Positions 19,368-29,275 of a stretch of 64,000 bases of DNA are shown piece by piece. The DNA comes from Chloroflexota bacterium (GTDB lineage Bacteria; Chloroflexota; Dehalococcoidia; UBA2979). A program made the position numbers and the translations under genes. The stretch spans positions 1 to 64,000 of the forward strand of contig JAQCIU010000004.1 in the NCBI GenBank assembly GCA_027593235.1, in the 5' to 3' direction. The notes under the pieces are model-generated. The model did not search any database. It was not told the DNA's origin and was given only the letters and a program-made list of their open reading frames with translations. Positions within the stretch are counted from its first letter, which is position 1. Every line of letters begins with the position of its first letter.

Positions 19368-20228
19368 CTAGATCCGCCCCCAGGCCTTGAGGGTACGCAG
19401 CGCATCGACGGTCCAGACGCCTCGCCACTCCCAGACCGCCGCCTCGCTTGGCGGGGTGAACGTGATCGGCCAGCCGCCGTCTGGCTGCTGCGCCCGCTCG
19501 AGGGCGTCGAGGTGCGCCTCGATGTGCCGGGCGTCGAAGAATGGGCGCGTCGGCGCGTCCGGCGTCGGGGCGAACTGCAACGCAGTGACGCCGTAGTCGT
19601 CGGAAGGCTCGGGCAGGAAGTACGCCGCACCCGGCAGCCACGCCATCACCTTCGCGAGTGCGGGCGCCGCACGCTCGCGATCCGGAACGTGGGCGAGGAA
19701 CGTCGTCACACCGAGGAGATCGTGCGCCTCAGTGATCGGCGGTCCGGCGATCCGCTGCCAGAGCCACGCCGTCGCGGCGTCGAGCCAGCGGTGCTCAACA
19801 CCGAGTGCGTGGAGGTGCCCGGCGATCCCCGCTGTCGGGTTCGGCCAATCCGCGGTCCAGTTGTCCGCCTCCCAGTGCTTCGCACGGGGCGCGGCGTGCG
19901 CCGATGGGAGGATCGTGCGGACCTGACCGGCCGGCAGCGCGACCCCCTGGAGGAAGTCGCAGGCAGCAGCGGCCCACGGGTGATGCCGGGCGCCAACCTC
20001 GTGCAGCGCGGCGAGGCCCACCTCGCAAAACAGTGGCTGGCTATCGGAGGTACGGAGATCTGGCTCGAGCGCGTGGCCGAAGCCACCGTCCGGGTTGAGG
20101 TACGCCCCGAGTGCGGCGCTGACGCCATCCGCAGGGCCATCGGCGAAGTGGTACTCGAAGCGCCGCCGATCCAGCGTACGGGCGTTGCTAAGCACGAATA
20201 CACGAGCGCGATCAACCGAAACCGGCAC
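19368..20228 (-). CDS. Conserved hypothetical protein with prenyltransferase/terpene-cyclase-like alpha-barrel repeats
   Basis: YLNPDGGFGHALEPD and QQPDGGWP repeats; GGAGG before GTG 20228. Confidence 0.7.
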   Translation of the reverse strand: MPVSVDRARVFVLSNARTLDRRRFEYHFADGPADGVSAALGAYLNPDGGFGHALEPDLRTSDSQPLFCEVGLAALHEVGARHHPWAAAACDFLQGVALPAGQVRTILPSAHAAPRAKHWEADNWTADWPNPTAGIAGHLHALGVEHRWLDAATAWLWQRIAGPPITEAHDLLGVTTFLAHVPDRERAAPALAKVMAWLPGAAYFLPEPSDDYGVTALQFAPTPDAPTRPFFDARHIEAHLDALERAQQPDGGWPITFTPPSEAAVWEWRGVWTVDALRTLKAWGRI

Positions 20229-20306
20229 GGTAGTCCTCCAGTCACGGGTCAACGGTATCGGGTGCGACTGCCGGCGGGATGTCAGCAGCGGACGACGGCG
20301 GAAACG

Positions 20307-21527
20307 CTAGCGAGGTTTGCCGTTCGGAGCGATCCGCACGCCGGCCTCGGAGTCGTCGACGGCGATCGTCGTGCGGCCGGCGAGCCAGTCGAGGACGTCC
20401 TGGCCAGCCAACTCGCGACGCCACGAGGTGAGGAGCGGGATGTCTGGCTCTTGATCGCGGTCGCCGGTGAGCCACCAGGCAATCACCTCGTCGGTGTCGG
20501 AGCGGGTGGCGACGAAGCGGGGGGCGACTTCGACCTCGCGGCAGCGGGTCTGGACGATCCCGCTCAGCACCGCCGGCCACGCCTGCCCCACGTTCGGGAG
20601 GCGCGGGGAACGTGCTGGCGCCTCTGGCGGATCTTCCATGCCTTGCTGGATCAGATCGAGTAGCTCTTTGCCGTAACGCTGGGCGGTGCCGTTACCCATA
20701 CCGCGGATCTCGCGGACGCCGCGCTCATCACGTGGTGGGCGGCGGCAGAGTTCCAGCATCGTGCGGTCGTTCATTAGCCACGAGGGCGGTCGGTTGTGCT
20801 GGAGGGACTCCAGCTCGCGCCAGCCGGCGACGGTACGCAGGGCGCCAAGCTGGCGGCGATTCAAGCCGTTCCAACCACGCACGCGGGTGTACATCTCCTC
20901 GGGCGGTGTCCGGCGGGACCAGGCCTCGGCAAGCCGGTCGCACTCGTCGTCGACCCAGCCGCGGCGGTCGCGCTGGTCGAGCTCCTCGCGGAGCATCTGC
21001 CAGATGCGCGGGAGGTAACGCACGTCATCGAGGGCGTACGAGAGTTGTTCGTCGGAGAGCGGACGGCGCGACCATTCCGTGAACTGCGCGCCCTTGTCCA
21101 GCTCCACGCCGGTCATCCGCTGCACGAGTGGGCCGTAGCCGATCTGATCGCCCATGCCGAGGAAGGCGGCGGCAATCTGCGTGTCGACCAGGTTCTGCGC
21201 GCGCGCCTGGAATTGACCACCCAGCAGGGCGAGATCCGCCTGCGCGGAGTGAATCATCGTCTCGATGTCCGGATCTTCGAGCAGGTCCACGATCGGATCG
21301 ACATCGACCTTCAGCGGGTCGATCGCCGCCACGTGCGGATCGTCGATGTCGCCCCAGCCGACCTGCACCAGCGACAGTTCGGCGACGTAGCGCCCCTCGG
21401 TCATGAACTCGAGATCGAGCGCGAAGCTACCGGCTTCCTCGATCGCGTCGGCGATGTCATCGACATCGCGAGGATCGGTTACGAGGCTATCGGGCGCCTG
21501 GGTGAGCGATGGGGAAGCGGTGGCCAC
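20307..21527 (-). CDS. rnd: Ribonuclease D
   Basis: ALDLEF, DTQIAA, WSRRPLS..QL.YA.DDV, HRDC-like region. Confidence 0.92.
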   Translation of the reverse strand: MATASPSLTQAPDSLVTDPRDVDDIADAIEEAGSFALDLEFMTEGRYVAELSLVQVGWGDIDDPHVAAIDPLKVDVDPIVDLLEDPDIETMIHSAQADLALLGGQFQARAQNLVDTQIAAAFLGMGDQIGYGPLVQRMTGVELDKGAQFTEWSRRPLSDEQLSYALDDVRYLPRIWQMLREELDQRDRRGWVDDECDRLAEAWSRRTPPEEMYTRVRGWNGLNRRQLGALRTVAGWRELESLQHNRPPSWLMNDRTMLELCRRPPRDERGVREIRGMGNGTAQRYGKELLDLIQQGMEDPPEAPARSPRLPNVGQAWPAVLSGIVQTRCREVEVAPRFVATRSDTDEVIAWWLTGDRDQEPDIPLLTSWRRELAGQDVLDWLAGRTTIAVDDSEAGVRIAPNGKPR

Positions 21528-21629
21528 GGCTCGACGATATCACGCGGATCGGGCACGTTCTCGCGCCATCGCGCCGTCGGGAGGGCGATCTCTGGCCGCG
21601 AGTCAGACACCCGGGAACCGGAGACGCCG

Positions 21630-21893
21630 CTAGCCCCCGCCGCGCTGCGCTTTCTTCATGAAGTCGTCGTGCACGCGCGACGCGTCCGCACCGCTGAAGA
21701 CCAGATCGAACTGCGTGAGCTGAAAGCTGCCACCGGGGATCGACACCCGCTGGTTGGTCCAGCTCACCGCCCATCCGTCAGCGGTCATCGCGGCGTGATC
21801 GGCTTCAACCATTTCCCCGCCCAGCTCGATCAGGTATTCGCGGATCAGCCACTCCGGGAGCCCGCGCAGTGATAGTTCGATCCGGTCGCTCAC
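21630..21893 (-). CDS. DUF1952-like protein
   Basis: RGLPEWLIREYLIELGG..W...KAQRGGG; directly downstream of MoaD-like gene. Confidence 0.7.
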   Translation of the reverse strand: MSDRIELSLRGLPEWLIREYLIELGGEMVEADHAAMTADGWAVSWTNQRVSIPGGSFQLTQFDLVFSGADASRVHDDFMKKAQRGGG

Positions 21894-22183
21894 CGACCTC
21901 CCGACCCGCTTCCGCCCGCGACCGGCGGGAAGATATCGAGCGTCGCGTCGCCCTCGATCGGCGTGTCGAGGCCGCCGAGGTGCCGGATGTCGCGCCCGTT
22001 CAGCATCACCGCGACAAAGGGACGGACGGCTCCGTCCTCGGCGAGCAGCCCCGGCCGCAGATCCGGGAATCGGTCGATCAGCTCCTCGAGCGCCGCGCCG
22101 ACGGTTTCGGGTTGGCGCTCAAGGGCGACGCTCTTGCTCCCGGCGAGGGCGCGCAGGGTGGCGTAGAGCTTGGCCTCGATCAT
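21890..22183 (-). CDS. MoaD/ThiS family ubiquitin-like sulfur carrier with C-terminal extension
   Basis: KLYATLR, VMLNGRDI, IFPPVAGG followed by SGSGGR. Confidence 0.88.
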   Translation of the reverse strand: MIEAKLYATLRALAGSKSVALERQPETVGAALEELIDRFPDLRPGLLAEDGAVRPFVAVMLNGRDIRHLGGLDTPIEGDATLDIFPPVAGGSGSGGR

Positions 22184-22201
22184 GTCGGACGAGGCCTTCC
22201 G

Positions 22202-24010
22202 CTACTGGATGATCTGCAACTCGCGGAGCTTGGATTCCGGCACGACGCCGTCTTCCCAGCCGCGGGCTGCGTAGTACTCCGCCTTCATCTCATCCAGCTC
22301 CACCACGGAGTTCGCGGCGGGGCCGCTGCCCGGCTCCTTCAGGTAGCGCTCCGGCAGGGTGTCGTCCTTGCCGTCGAAGCCGTTGAGGTTGTTGAAGTAG
22401 CGCTCCAGGTTGTAAATGCGTTCGCCGGCCAGCATCACGCCATCGGCGGTCATCGGCTGTCCGACGATCACCTGGTACTGGGCGGCATACTCCTCCGCAC
22501 CTTCCGCGAAGGCCGAGAACTTGCAGAGGTCGAGTGAGTCGCTGAACGAGTGCAGGTCCTGGAAGATCTTCAGCAGCTCGCCCTTGCCCCTCCACTCCAG
22601 CGGGTCCGTCTTCACCGGGATGCCGAGCAGCTCCGAGGCCGGCGTATACCCGCGGAGGTGACAGGCACCTCGGTTGCTCGTGGCGTAGCCGATCGCCTCG
22701 CCCTTCATAGCGCGCGGGTCGTAGGCGGCGACCGCCTGGCCCTTCACCGTCATCGCGATCTCCGGGTGGCCGATCTGCTGCGCGGCGCGCGCGGTGCCCT
22801 CGGCGAGCAGGTCGCCGAGACCTTGCCGCATCGCGATCTGCTCGACGGACTCGACCATCGCCTCGGTGTCGCCCCAGGCGAGGCCGGCACCGCTTATGAA
22901 CTCACGCTGCGTGGCTTCCATGTACATCGAGATCACGTTGCCGATCTCAATCGCGTCCATGCCGTAGTCGTTGCACTGGTCGATCAGCTTCGCCAGCACA
23001 CGCGGGTCGTCGTTGTCGCAGTTGGCGCCGAGCGCCCAGGCCGGTTCGTACTCCAGCGACTCCATGTGCAGCCCCGCGTACGGGCCGTCGGTGATCTCCA
23101 CCTCGATCTTGCAGGCGACCGGACAAGCGTGGCAGGTCGGATCACCTACGAGGAGCGTCTCGCGGACCGTTTCGCCGCTGATCTTCTCGGCGCCCTCGAA
23201 CTGGGTGGTTTGCGAGTTGCGGGTGCCAATCCCACCAAGCGCGTTGACCGGGTTCATCAGCACGTTCGTGCCGTAGAGCGACAGACCGCCGGCCTTGGGT
23301 GCCGTGACCTCACTATCGAGGATAGTCTTGAGCGCCCGCTGCTGGACCGGCTTCCACGCCTCGCGATCGGCGACCTTCGGCATGGTGGCGTCGGTCGCCT
23401 TGACGACGACCGCCTTCAGGTTCTTGCTGCCGGCAACGGCGCCGGTGCCACCTCGACCGGCGGCGCGGTCGTCTTCGTTGATGATCGAGGCGAAGCGGAC
23501 GCCGTTCTCGCCGGCCTGGCCGATCGCCATCACCGAAACCGGCTGACCGTACTGGCCCTCGAAGTGGGCGACCGTCTCGTGGACACCGCGGCCCCAGACG
23601 TCCGTGGCGGGCCGCAGTTCAACGGTGCCGTTCTCGACGTAGGCGTAGACCGGCGTCTCGGAGCGACCGGTGAACAGGAGTGCGTCGAAGCCGGCCCAGC
23701 GCAGCCGCGCCGCGCTCCAGCCACCCATGTGACTGTCAGTGATGGTGCCGGTCAGTGGCGACTTCGTGACGACGGCGAGGCGGCCGCTCATCGTCGCCTC
23801 GGAGCCCGTCAGCGGACCGTTGACGAACGCCAGCATGTTGTCGGGGCCGTCGGGATCGACCATCGGGCCGTTGTCGAGGAGGTACTTCACCCCGAGGCCG
23901 CGCGCGCCGATGTACAGCAGCGCGTCCCGCTCGTTGATCTCTTCGTAACTGACGGTACCGGCCGTCAGATCGACGCGTGCAACGCGATTCGCGTATCCAC
24001 CCAGTGCCAT
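22202..24010 (-). CDS. Aldehyde:ferredoxin oxidoreductase (AOR family, typically tungstopterin)
   Basis: RVDLT, KSPLTG, AAGRGGTGAV.GSKNLKA, CHACPVAC, NRGACH, DSLDLCKF, YYAARGW. Confidence 0.95.
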   Translation of the reverse strand: MALGGYANRVARVDLTAGTVSYEEINERDALLYIGARGLGVKYLLDNGPMVDPDGPDNMLAFVNGPLTGSEATMSGRLAVVTKSPLTGTITDSHMGGWSAARLRWAGFDALLFTGRSETPVYAYVENGTVELRPATDVWGRGVHETVAHFEGQYGQPVSVMAIGQAGENGVRFASIINEDDRAAGRGGTGAVAGSKNLKAVVVKATDATMPKVADREAWKPVQQRALKTILDSEVTAPKAGGLSLYGTNVLMNPVNALGGIGTRNSQTTQFEGAEKISGETVRETLLVGDPTCHACPVACKIEVEITDGPYAGLHMESLEYEPAWALGANCDNDDPRVLAKLIDQCNDYGMDAIEIGNVISMYMEATQREFISGAGLAWGDTEAMVESVEQIAMRQGLGDLLAEGTARAAQQIGHPEIAMTVKGQAVAAYDPRAMKGEAIGYATSNRGACHLRGYTPASELLGIPVKTDPLEWRGKGELLKIFQDLHSFSDSLDLCKFSAFAEGAEEYAAQYQVIVGQPMTADGVMLAGERIYNLERYFNNLNGFDGKDDTLPERYLKEPGSGPAANSVVELDEMKAEYYAARGWEDGVVPESKLRELQIIQ

Positions 24011-24098
24011 CGTCAACCCCCGTTCGTGCTCGAACGCCGCGCGTGGTGAGCGCTCGCGCGAATCATAAACGTGTTGAAACAGGAATGTGTGCGCAGCG

Positions 24099-25772
24099 TC
24101 ACGCGCCGTGCGAACGACGCCTCGTCGGCCACAACAGCTCGAACCAGGTACCCGCATTCGCGGCCAGCGCCCCAAGCGTGACGAAGGGAAGCGCGCGCCT
24201 GAGCGCCGCCCGTTCTGCCGGTGTGCCCCAGTTCCGCACGTTCGCGCGGACCGCGCGTACGCGACGAGGCGCCTCGATGGTGAGGCGCGATCCGCTGCGT
24301 CGGAGCAGCCGCGCTCGCGATGGCTGACGCGCGAGGAGGATCCGTCCCCACGCGCGGCCGCGGGTGAAGTGGTGTCGCGCGAGCGCCCGGCCGGTGGTGG
24401 CGCGGCTGGCGTGCACGAAGGCCGCAGCCGGTTCGCGATAGGCGGAGTAGCCACGCGCGAAGAGCGAGAGATTGACCACGGTGTCCTCGCCGGCGCGCAT
24501 GTCCTCGGGAAATCCGCCGACACGATCGAGGAGGAACCGCACGTACGAGGCGTGCGTCGGCGCCGCGGTCAGTTCGCCCGCCGGCCGCCCCGGCAGCAGC
24601 GTCGAGTGATCGAGGAAGTACGAGGCCCAACCGGCGCGGGAGTCATTCCCGTTGCGCGTGGCACCCGTGACCATCGCCCAGCCATCCTCGTGCGCGGTGA
24701 TCCGCGCCTGGAGGCTGCCGGGCAGCAGTTCGACGTGCGATCCGGGGAAGGTGATGTAGTCGCCTCGGGCCACGCGCCAGCCCGCGTTCCGCGCCTCGCC
24801 CGGCAGGACCGGTCGAGGAAGTTCGATCAGACGGACGAGGGGACTGGGGCGATCCGGCTGCTCGCAGAACCGAGAGCGCACGATCTCGGCGGTCCGATCG
24901 GTCCCGCTGGTCACGACGATCACCTCGAAGGGGACGTCTACCTGCTGGGCGACGAGCGCATGGAGCGACTGCTCGATCGTCGACTCGTCGTTCTGTGCGA
25001 TCACCACGGCGCTGAGGACCGGTGCGCCCTCGTCGTGTCGCCGGGCGCCGTGGACCGGGAGCAGGATGGCCGTCGCCGGGTCGCGGCGTGGCCACGGCTC
25101 GACGCTCCGCGGGGCATCGAGGATGTGCTCGTAGCCCTGCTGAAAGTCGTCGTGGGGATCGGCCTCGGCATATTTCGCCCGCCGCGCCTGGCGGCGCGCG
25201 TCGCTGAGGCTGCCGATGTGCTGGATGCGCACCGAGGTTCGGAGGACGCGCCGGCGCGGGATGTCGTGCGGGATCGGGACGAAGTGGAGCCGCTTCTCGG
25301 GCAGGCGCAGGCCCGGCCGGTAAGCGAACAGGCGGTAGACCCAGAGGCCGCGCGGGTCGTAATGGTCCCCGTCTCCCGCCATCCGGAAGACCTCGAAGCC
25401 GTAGGCACAGTCCTGGCGGGGGCCATCCTCGAGGAAGGCGCGCAGCGCGGACGCATCGTCGGCGTCGATGCGCTCGTCCGCGTCAAGGAACAGCAACCAG
25501 CGTGGGTTCAGCTCCTCGGCGGCGTCGAGCAGACGCTGGCGGTTCACGGCGTCGTCCCAACCCTCGTAGGTCTCGCGGCGCGGGTTCGCGAGGATGCTGT
25601 GGACCAGCGGATGGGCACGGAGCAGGTCACCGGTGTCGTCCGTGCTGCCATCATCGAGCGCGATCACGGCATCGCAGAGGCCCTCGACGGACGCGAACCA
25701 GCGCGGGAGATCGTCGTGTCCGTTGCGGACCGGCAGCAACGCGACCAGCAGCGGACGCGCGGCCTCGCTCAG
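24099..25772 (-). CDS. Two-domain family 2 glycosyltransferase (start uncertain: CTG 25772 or TTG 25739)
   Basis: LPVRN..DDGSTDDT..LDADE in domain 1; VVIAQN..SGTDRT..ARNAG..GED in domain 2. Confidence 0.85.
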   Translation of the reverse strand: MSEAARPLLVALLPVRNGHDDLPRWFASVEGLCDAVIALDDGSTDDTGDLLRAHPLVHSILANPRRETYEGWDDAVNRQRLLDAAEELNPRWLLFLDADERIDADDASALRAFLEDGPRQDCAYGFEVFRMAGDGDHYDPRGLWVYRLFAYRPGLRLPEKRLHFVPIPHDIPRRRVLRTSVRIQHIGSLSDARRQARRAKYAEADPHDDFQQGYEHILDAPRSVEPWPRRDPATAILLPVHGARRHDEGAPVLSAVVIAQNDESTIEQSLHALVAQQVDVPFEVIVVTSGTDRTAEIVRSRFCEQPDRPSPLVRLIELPRPVLPGEARNAGWRVARGDYITFPGSHVELLPGSLQARITAHEDGWAMVTGATRNGNDSRAGWASYFLDHSTLLPGRPAGELTAAPTHASYVRFLLDRVGGFPEDMRAGEDTVVNLSLFARGYSAYREPAAAFVHASRATTGRALARHHFTRGRAWGRILLARQPSRARLLRRSGSRLTIEAPRRVRAVRANVRNWGTPAERAALRRALPFVTLGALAANAGTWFELLWPTRRRSHGA

Positions 25773-27036
25773 CGTGCCTCCGGCATCGCCAGGTAGACGT
25801 CCGCCGACGGCAGCGTCAGCGGGGCCGTCGGGTCGACGCCGCTCACATCAGCGCCGCGGTCGGCCTCGCTGAAGTTGCCATCGTGCCCGAACGAGGTCAT
25901 CCGGTACGGCGGCTGATCGAGCGCGAACTCGCTTGCGGGGATGAAGAAGACGATCGTGTCGCCCTCGATCACCGCGCGGACCGCGGACGGGACAACGGCG
26001 GGCTGCTGTGCGGCATTCACCTGGGTCGTGCTGATCAACCACTGGCCGGCGGTGTGGTTCCAGACGAGCTGGTACCAGCGATCCGCACCCTGGAAGAGAT
26101 CGAAGTCGAAGGGCGGATTGAATCGCCAGTCGTTCGCCGGATCCCCGTCGGAGTCGAAGACGATCGAGTAGACGAAGGAATGGTCGGTGTCGGCTTGCGG
26201 CACCGCGTCGGCGAACGCCATCGCGAACATCCAGACATCACCGCCGCCGGCAGGCATTGGCTCAACGTTCGCCGGGCAGACGATGACGCGCACGCCGTCG
26301 CTGGCGCCGCATTCGTAGATGGTGTTGGCCCACGCCTCGGTGATCCCGGCGTCGGTGAGGTTCATCCGAACGCCGCCATACAGCCGCAGATCGATGCCGC
26401 TGCTGGTGAAGGTGGGCCTGTTGCCGGAGATGCTGTCGAGGAAGTCGAGGAGCTGGTCCTCGATGTAGTCGAGATCGTCCTCGCTGATATCCGTCGTGAC
26501 GTACAGCTCCCAGAGGATGATGTCGATCACGGCCTCGCCGGTTTGGAGGAGTTGCCGGTCTGGCGCCGCAGGCGTTGACTCGGCTGTCGACCCGGCGGTT
26601 CCGGACGGAGCGGCGGAGGCGCTGGCCTCGGCGCCTGTTCCGCCCCCGGCGACCGTTCCAACGGTGCCACCGTCATCACCATCGGAAAAGGCTCTCAAAG
26701 CGAGCAGCACAACGAGCACGATCACCGCGAGGCCGACCACGCTGAGCGCACAACCAGAGGGGCTGCGCGGACGGAATCGCGAACGCCAGTCGCCACCCGC
26801 CGTTACCGGGCCGATCGCCGGCGAGTCGTATCGCAGCAGGTCACGGCGTTCGTCCGAAGCCGGCGTCTCGACGACGTACACCTCGTCGCCGGGGGGCCGG
26901 GCGCGGGAGGGTAGTAATCGCTCACACGGTCAGCGGGGTCGGGCGCGCTCATCGCCTTGTCGAGGCGGCGTGCCGCCTCACGTTCCCAGCGCGCCGGGTC
27001 GTTGGGTTGATCGGGCGAGTTGTTCTCGGGTGGCAT
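25769..27036 (-). CDS. Hypothetical single-pass membrane protein with extracellular beta domain (apparent frameshift at 26891-26896)
   Basis: ATG 27036 with GAGGA RBS starts a protein-like N-terminus that shifts frame in a C6 run into ORF 25769-26881; one TM helix, low-complexity linker, DSDGDPAND motif. Confidence 0.65.
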
Positions 27037-27197
27037 CAGCGGTCCTCGACTTGGCGAGACCCTACCGGCCCAAGCTGGACCGTGTCCAGACGGTTTCTGC
27101 CTGGTTCCCCGTCATCGCTGGACAGCGTCACTACAATCGTGCTCCCGAAACCACGGGCGGCGGCGAACATGCCGCGTGTACGCGAGAGGAACCTCGA

Positions 27198-28283
27198 ATG
27201 ACAAAAGCAGCCGTCTTCAACGCGGTGAACGAGCCGCTGACCATCGAACAGATCGACATCGCGAAGCCGGTCGACCGCGAGGTCCTGGTGCGCACCGCCG
27301 CAAGCGGCGTCTGCCACAGCGACCTGCACTTCATCGAGGGCCTCTACCCGATGCCCAACCGCGCGATCCTCGGACACGAGGCCGCCGGCGTCGTCGAGGC
27401 GGTTGGCCCGAACGTCACCGAGGTGAAGCCCGGCGACCACGTGATCGCCTGCCTCTCCGTCTTCTGTGGTCAGTGCGACTACTGCCTGACCGGGCGCACC
27501 CACCTCTGCAGCAACCGCCCAGCGCGTACCGCCGAACAGGGGCCGCGCCTCTCGCAGGACGGGAAGATGCTGACGCAGTTCGCGAGCATCGGTTCCTACG
27601 CGGAGCAGATGCTGCTCCACGAAAACGGGATCGTGAAGATCGACAAGGACTTCCCGTTCGCCCAGGCCGCGCTGATCGGCTGCGGCGTGACGACCGGCGT
27701 CGGTGCCGCGCTCAAGACCGCGAAGGTCACGCCCGGTTCGACCGTGGCCGTCTTCGGCGCCGGTGGCGTCGGCCTCTCAGCGATCCAGGGCGCGCGCATC
27801 GCCGGGGCGCGAATGATCATCGCCGTCGATATGGTCGAGCACAAACTGCAGACCGCCCGTGAACTCGGCGCGACGCACAGTGTCGACGCGTCGCTCGGCG
27901 ACCCGGTCGACCAGATCCGCGAGCTGACCGGCGGTCAGGGTGTGGACTTCTCCTTCGAGGCGATCGGCCTCAAGGTCGCGGCCGAGCAGGCCTGGCAGTC
28001 GATCCGCTCCGGCGGAACCGCGACGGTGATCGGGATGATTCCGATCGGTCAGAACGTCGAGATCCCGGGCAACGAATTCCTCCGCGAGAAGAAGATTCAG
28101 GGCTCCAGCATGGGCTCGAACAGCTTCAAGGTGGACATGCCGCAGTACATCGAGTTCTACCGCCAGGGCCGCCTCAAGCTCGACGAGATGGTCACGAAGA
28201 CCCGTCCGTTGGAGGAGATCAACGAGGCGTTCGCCGACATGAAGAGCGGCTCCGTGGCACGCACGGTGCTGATGTTCGACTAA
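27198..28283 (+). CDS. Zn-dependent alcohol dehydrogenase
   Basis: GVCHSD, LGHEAAG, CGQCDYC..C, IGCGVTTG, GAGGVG; GAGGA RBS. Confidence 0.95.
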   Translation: MTKAAVFNAVNEPLTIEQIDIAKPVDREVLVRTAASGVCHSDLHFIEGLYPMPNRAILGHEAAGVVEAVGPNVTEVKPGDHVIACLSVFCGQCDYCLTGRTHLCSNRPARTAEQGPRLSQDGKMLTQFASIGSYAEQMLLHENGIVKIDKDFPFAQAALIGCGVTTGVGAALKTAKVTPGSTVAVFGAGGVGLSAIQGARIAGARMIIAVDMVEHKLQTARELGATHSVDASLGDPVDQIRELTGGQGVDFSFEAIGLKVAAEQAWQSIRSGGTATVIGMIPIGQNVEIPGNEFLREKKIQGSSMGSNSFKVDMPQYIEFYRQGRLKLDEMVTKTRPLEEINEAFADMKSGSVARTVLMFD

Positions 28284-28307
28284 CCCTCGAACCGCCGTTG
28301 GATCGAC

Positions 28308-28339
28308 AGGAGCCCCGCCGACCGGCGGGGCTCCTTTGT
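28308..28339 (+). terminator. Rho-independent terminator-like hairpin
   Basis: AGGAGCCCCGCC-GACC-GGCGGGGCTCCT followed by TTGT, just after the ADH stop and between convergent genes. Confidence 0.8.
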
Positions 28340-28364
28340 GTCCTCGAACGTTCGAGGCCTGCAG

Positions 28365-29180
28365 CTACTCCGTGCGGAAGAAGCCTACGGAGATCGTCTG
28401 GTTGCCACTCGCCTCGATCGCGATCACCTCAAGCTCGTAGACGGTGTCCGGTTCGAGGAATTCAACGGGGACCGAGAGCGAGGTGATGTCCGACGGCACG
28501 TGCACGTCGTAGACCGGACGCGAGAAGCCATCGGGGTCCTCGTGCTCCTCTTTGGTGACAATCACTTCGTAGGCGGTGATCTCCACGTCGCCGCCGGCGA
28601 CGGCCTCCGTTACCGGCTCCCAGCGGACGATCAGGCGGTCCGTCGAGACAGTCGGAGCAACCTCCGGCTCTTCGCCTACCTCGGGCGCGGTGATTTCGGG
28701 CTCGACTGCGATGTCGTGGGTGAAGCGGGCCGTGCCGACCCGTGGCGTGCCCTCGAAGTCGACGCCGGTAACGGTGTACTGGCCCTCGGGGAAGTTGGTG
28801 CGGCGATCGTTCAGCGAGAACTCGTCATTCGGTGGCTCCCGGGATTCAAAGAACAGGTCGGACAGCGTGAGATCACCAAGCTGGGCCTGCGGCGAGACGG
28901 TCAGGATCAACTCGCCCTGCGGGTCGCGAAGGCAGAGCGACGACTAGGCGACGCCGCCGAACAGGCCATGCACCCCGGTGTCCTCGTCAGTGGCGTTGTG
29001 CTCGATGTAGAGCCGCGCTGTCTCGAACTCTTCACCGGTCGTTGGGCAGTCGACTGCGGCGCCGTTCTCCGGTGTCGCGGTCGCATTAGTCGAACTACTG
29101 CAGGCAATCGCGACTGTCGCGACCGCGGCTATTCCGAGGCCACCCGCGATTCGGGCGACCGTCCGTGCTGGATTCTGCAT
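28365..29180 (-). pseudogene. Lipoprotein with C-terminal fibronectin type III-like domain, interrupted by in-frame TAG at 28944-28946
   Basis: Lipobox VAIAC after ATG 29180; frame continues through TAG into ORF 28365-28910; VRWEPV..YEV..LEPDTVYELEVIA FN3 pattern. Confidence 0.7.
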
Positions 29181-29275
29181 TCCTCGTCCTCTCCGATCGC
29201 GCCGTTCCGGCTGGACCGGCGCGCCGAGAGTGCTGGATCCGACCTTGACGCCCGCTGAACGCGCGCGGTCTCGAG

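Noticed and set aside
28944-28946. Pyrrolysine or genome-wide TAG reassignment
   Set aside because: TAG ends many genes here at the expected C-termini; no pyl context; a single TGG-to-TAG change is simpler
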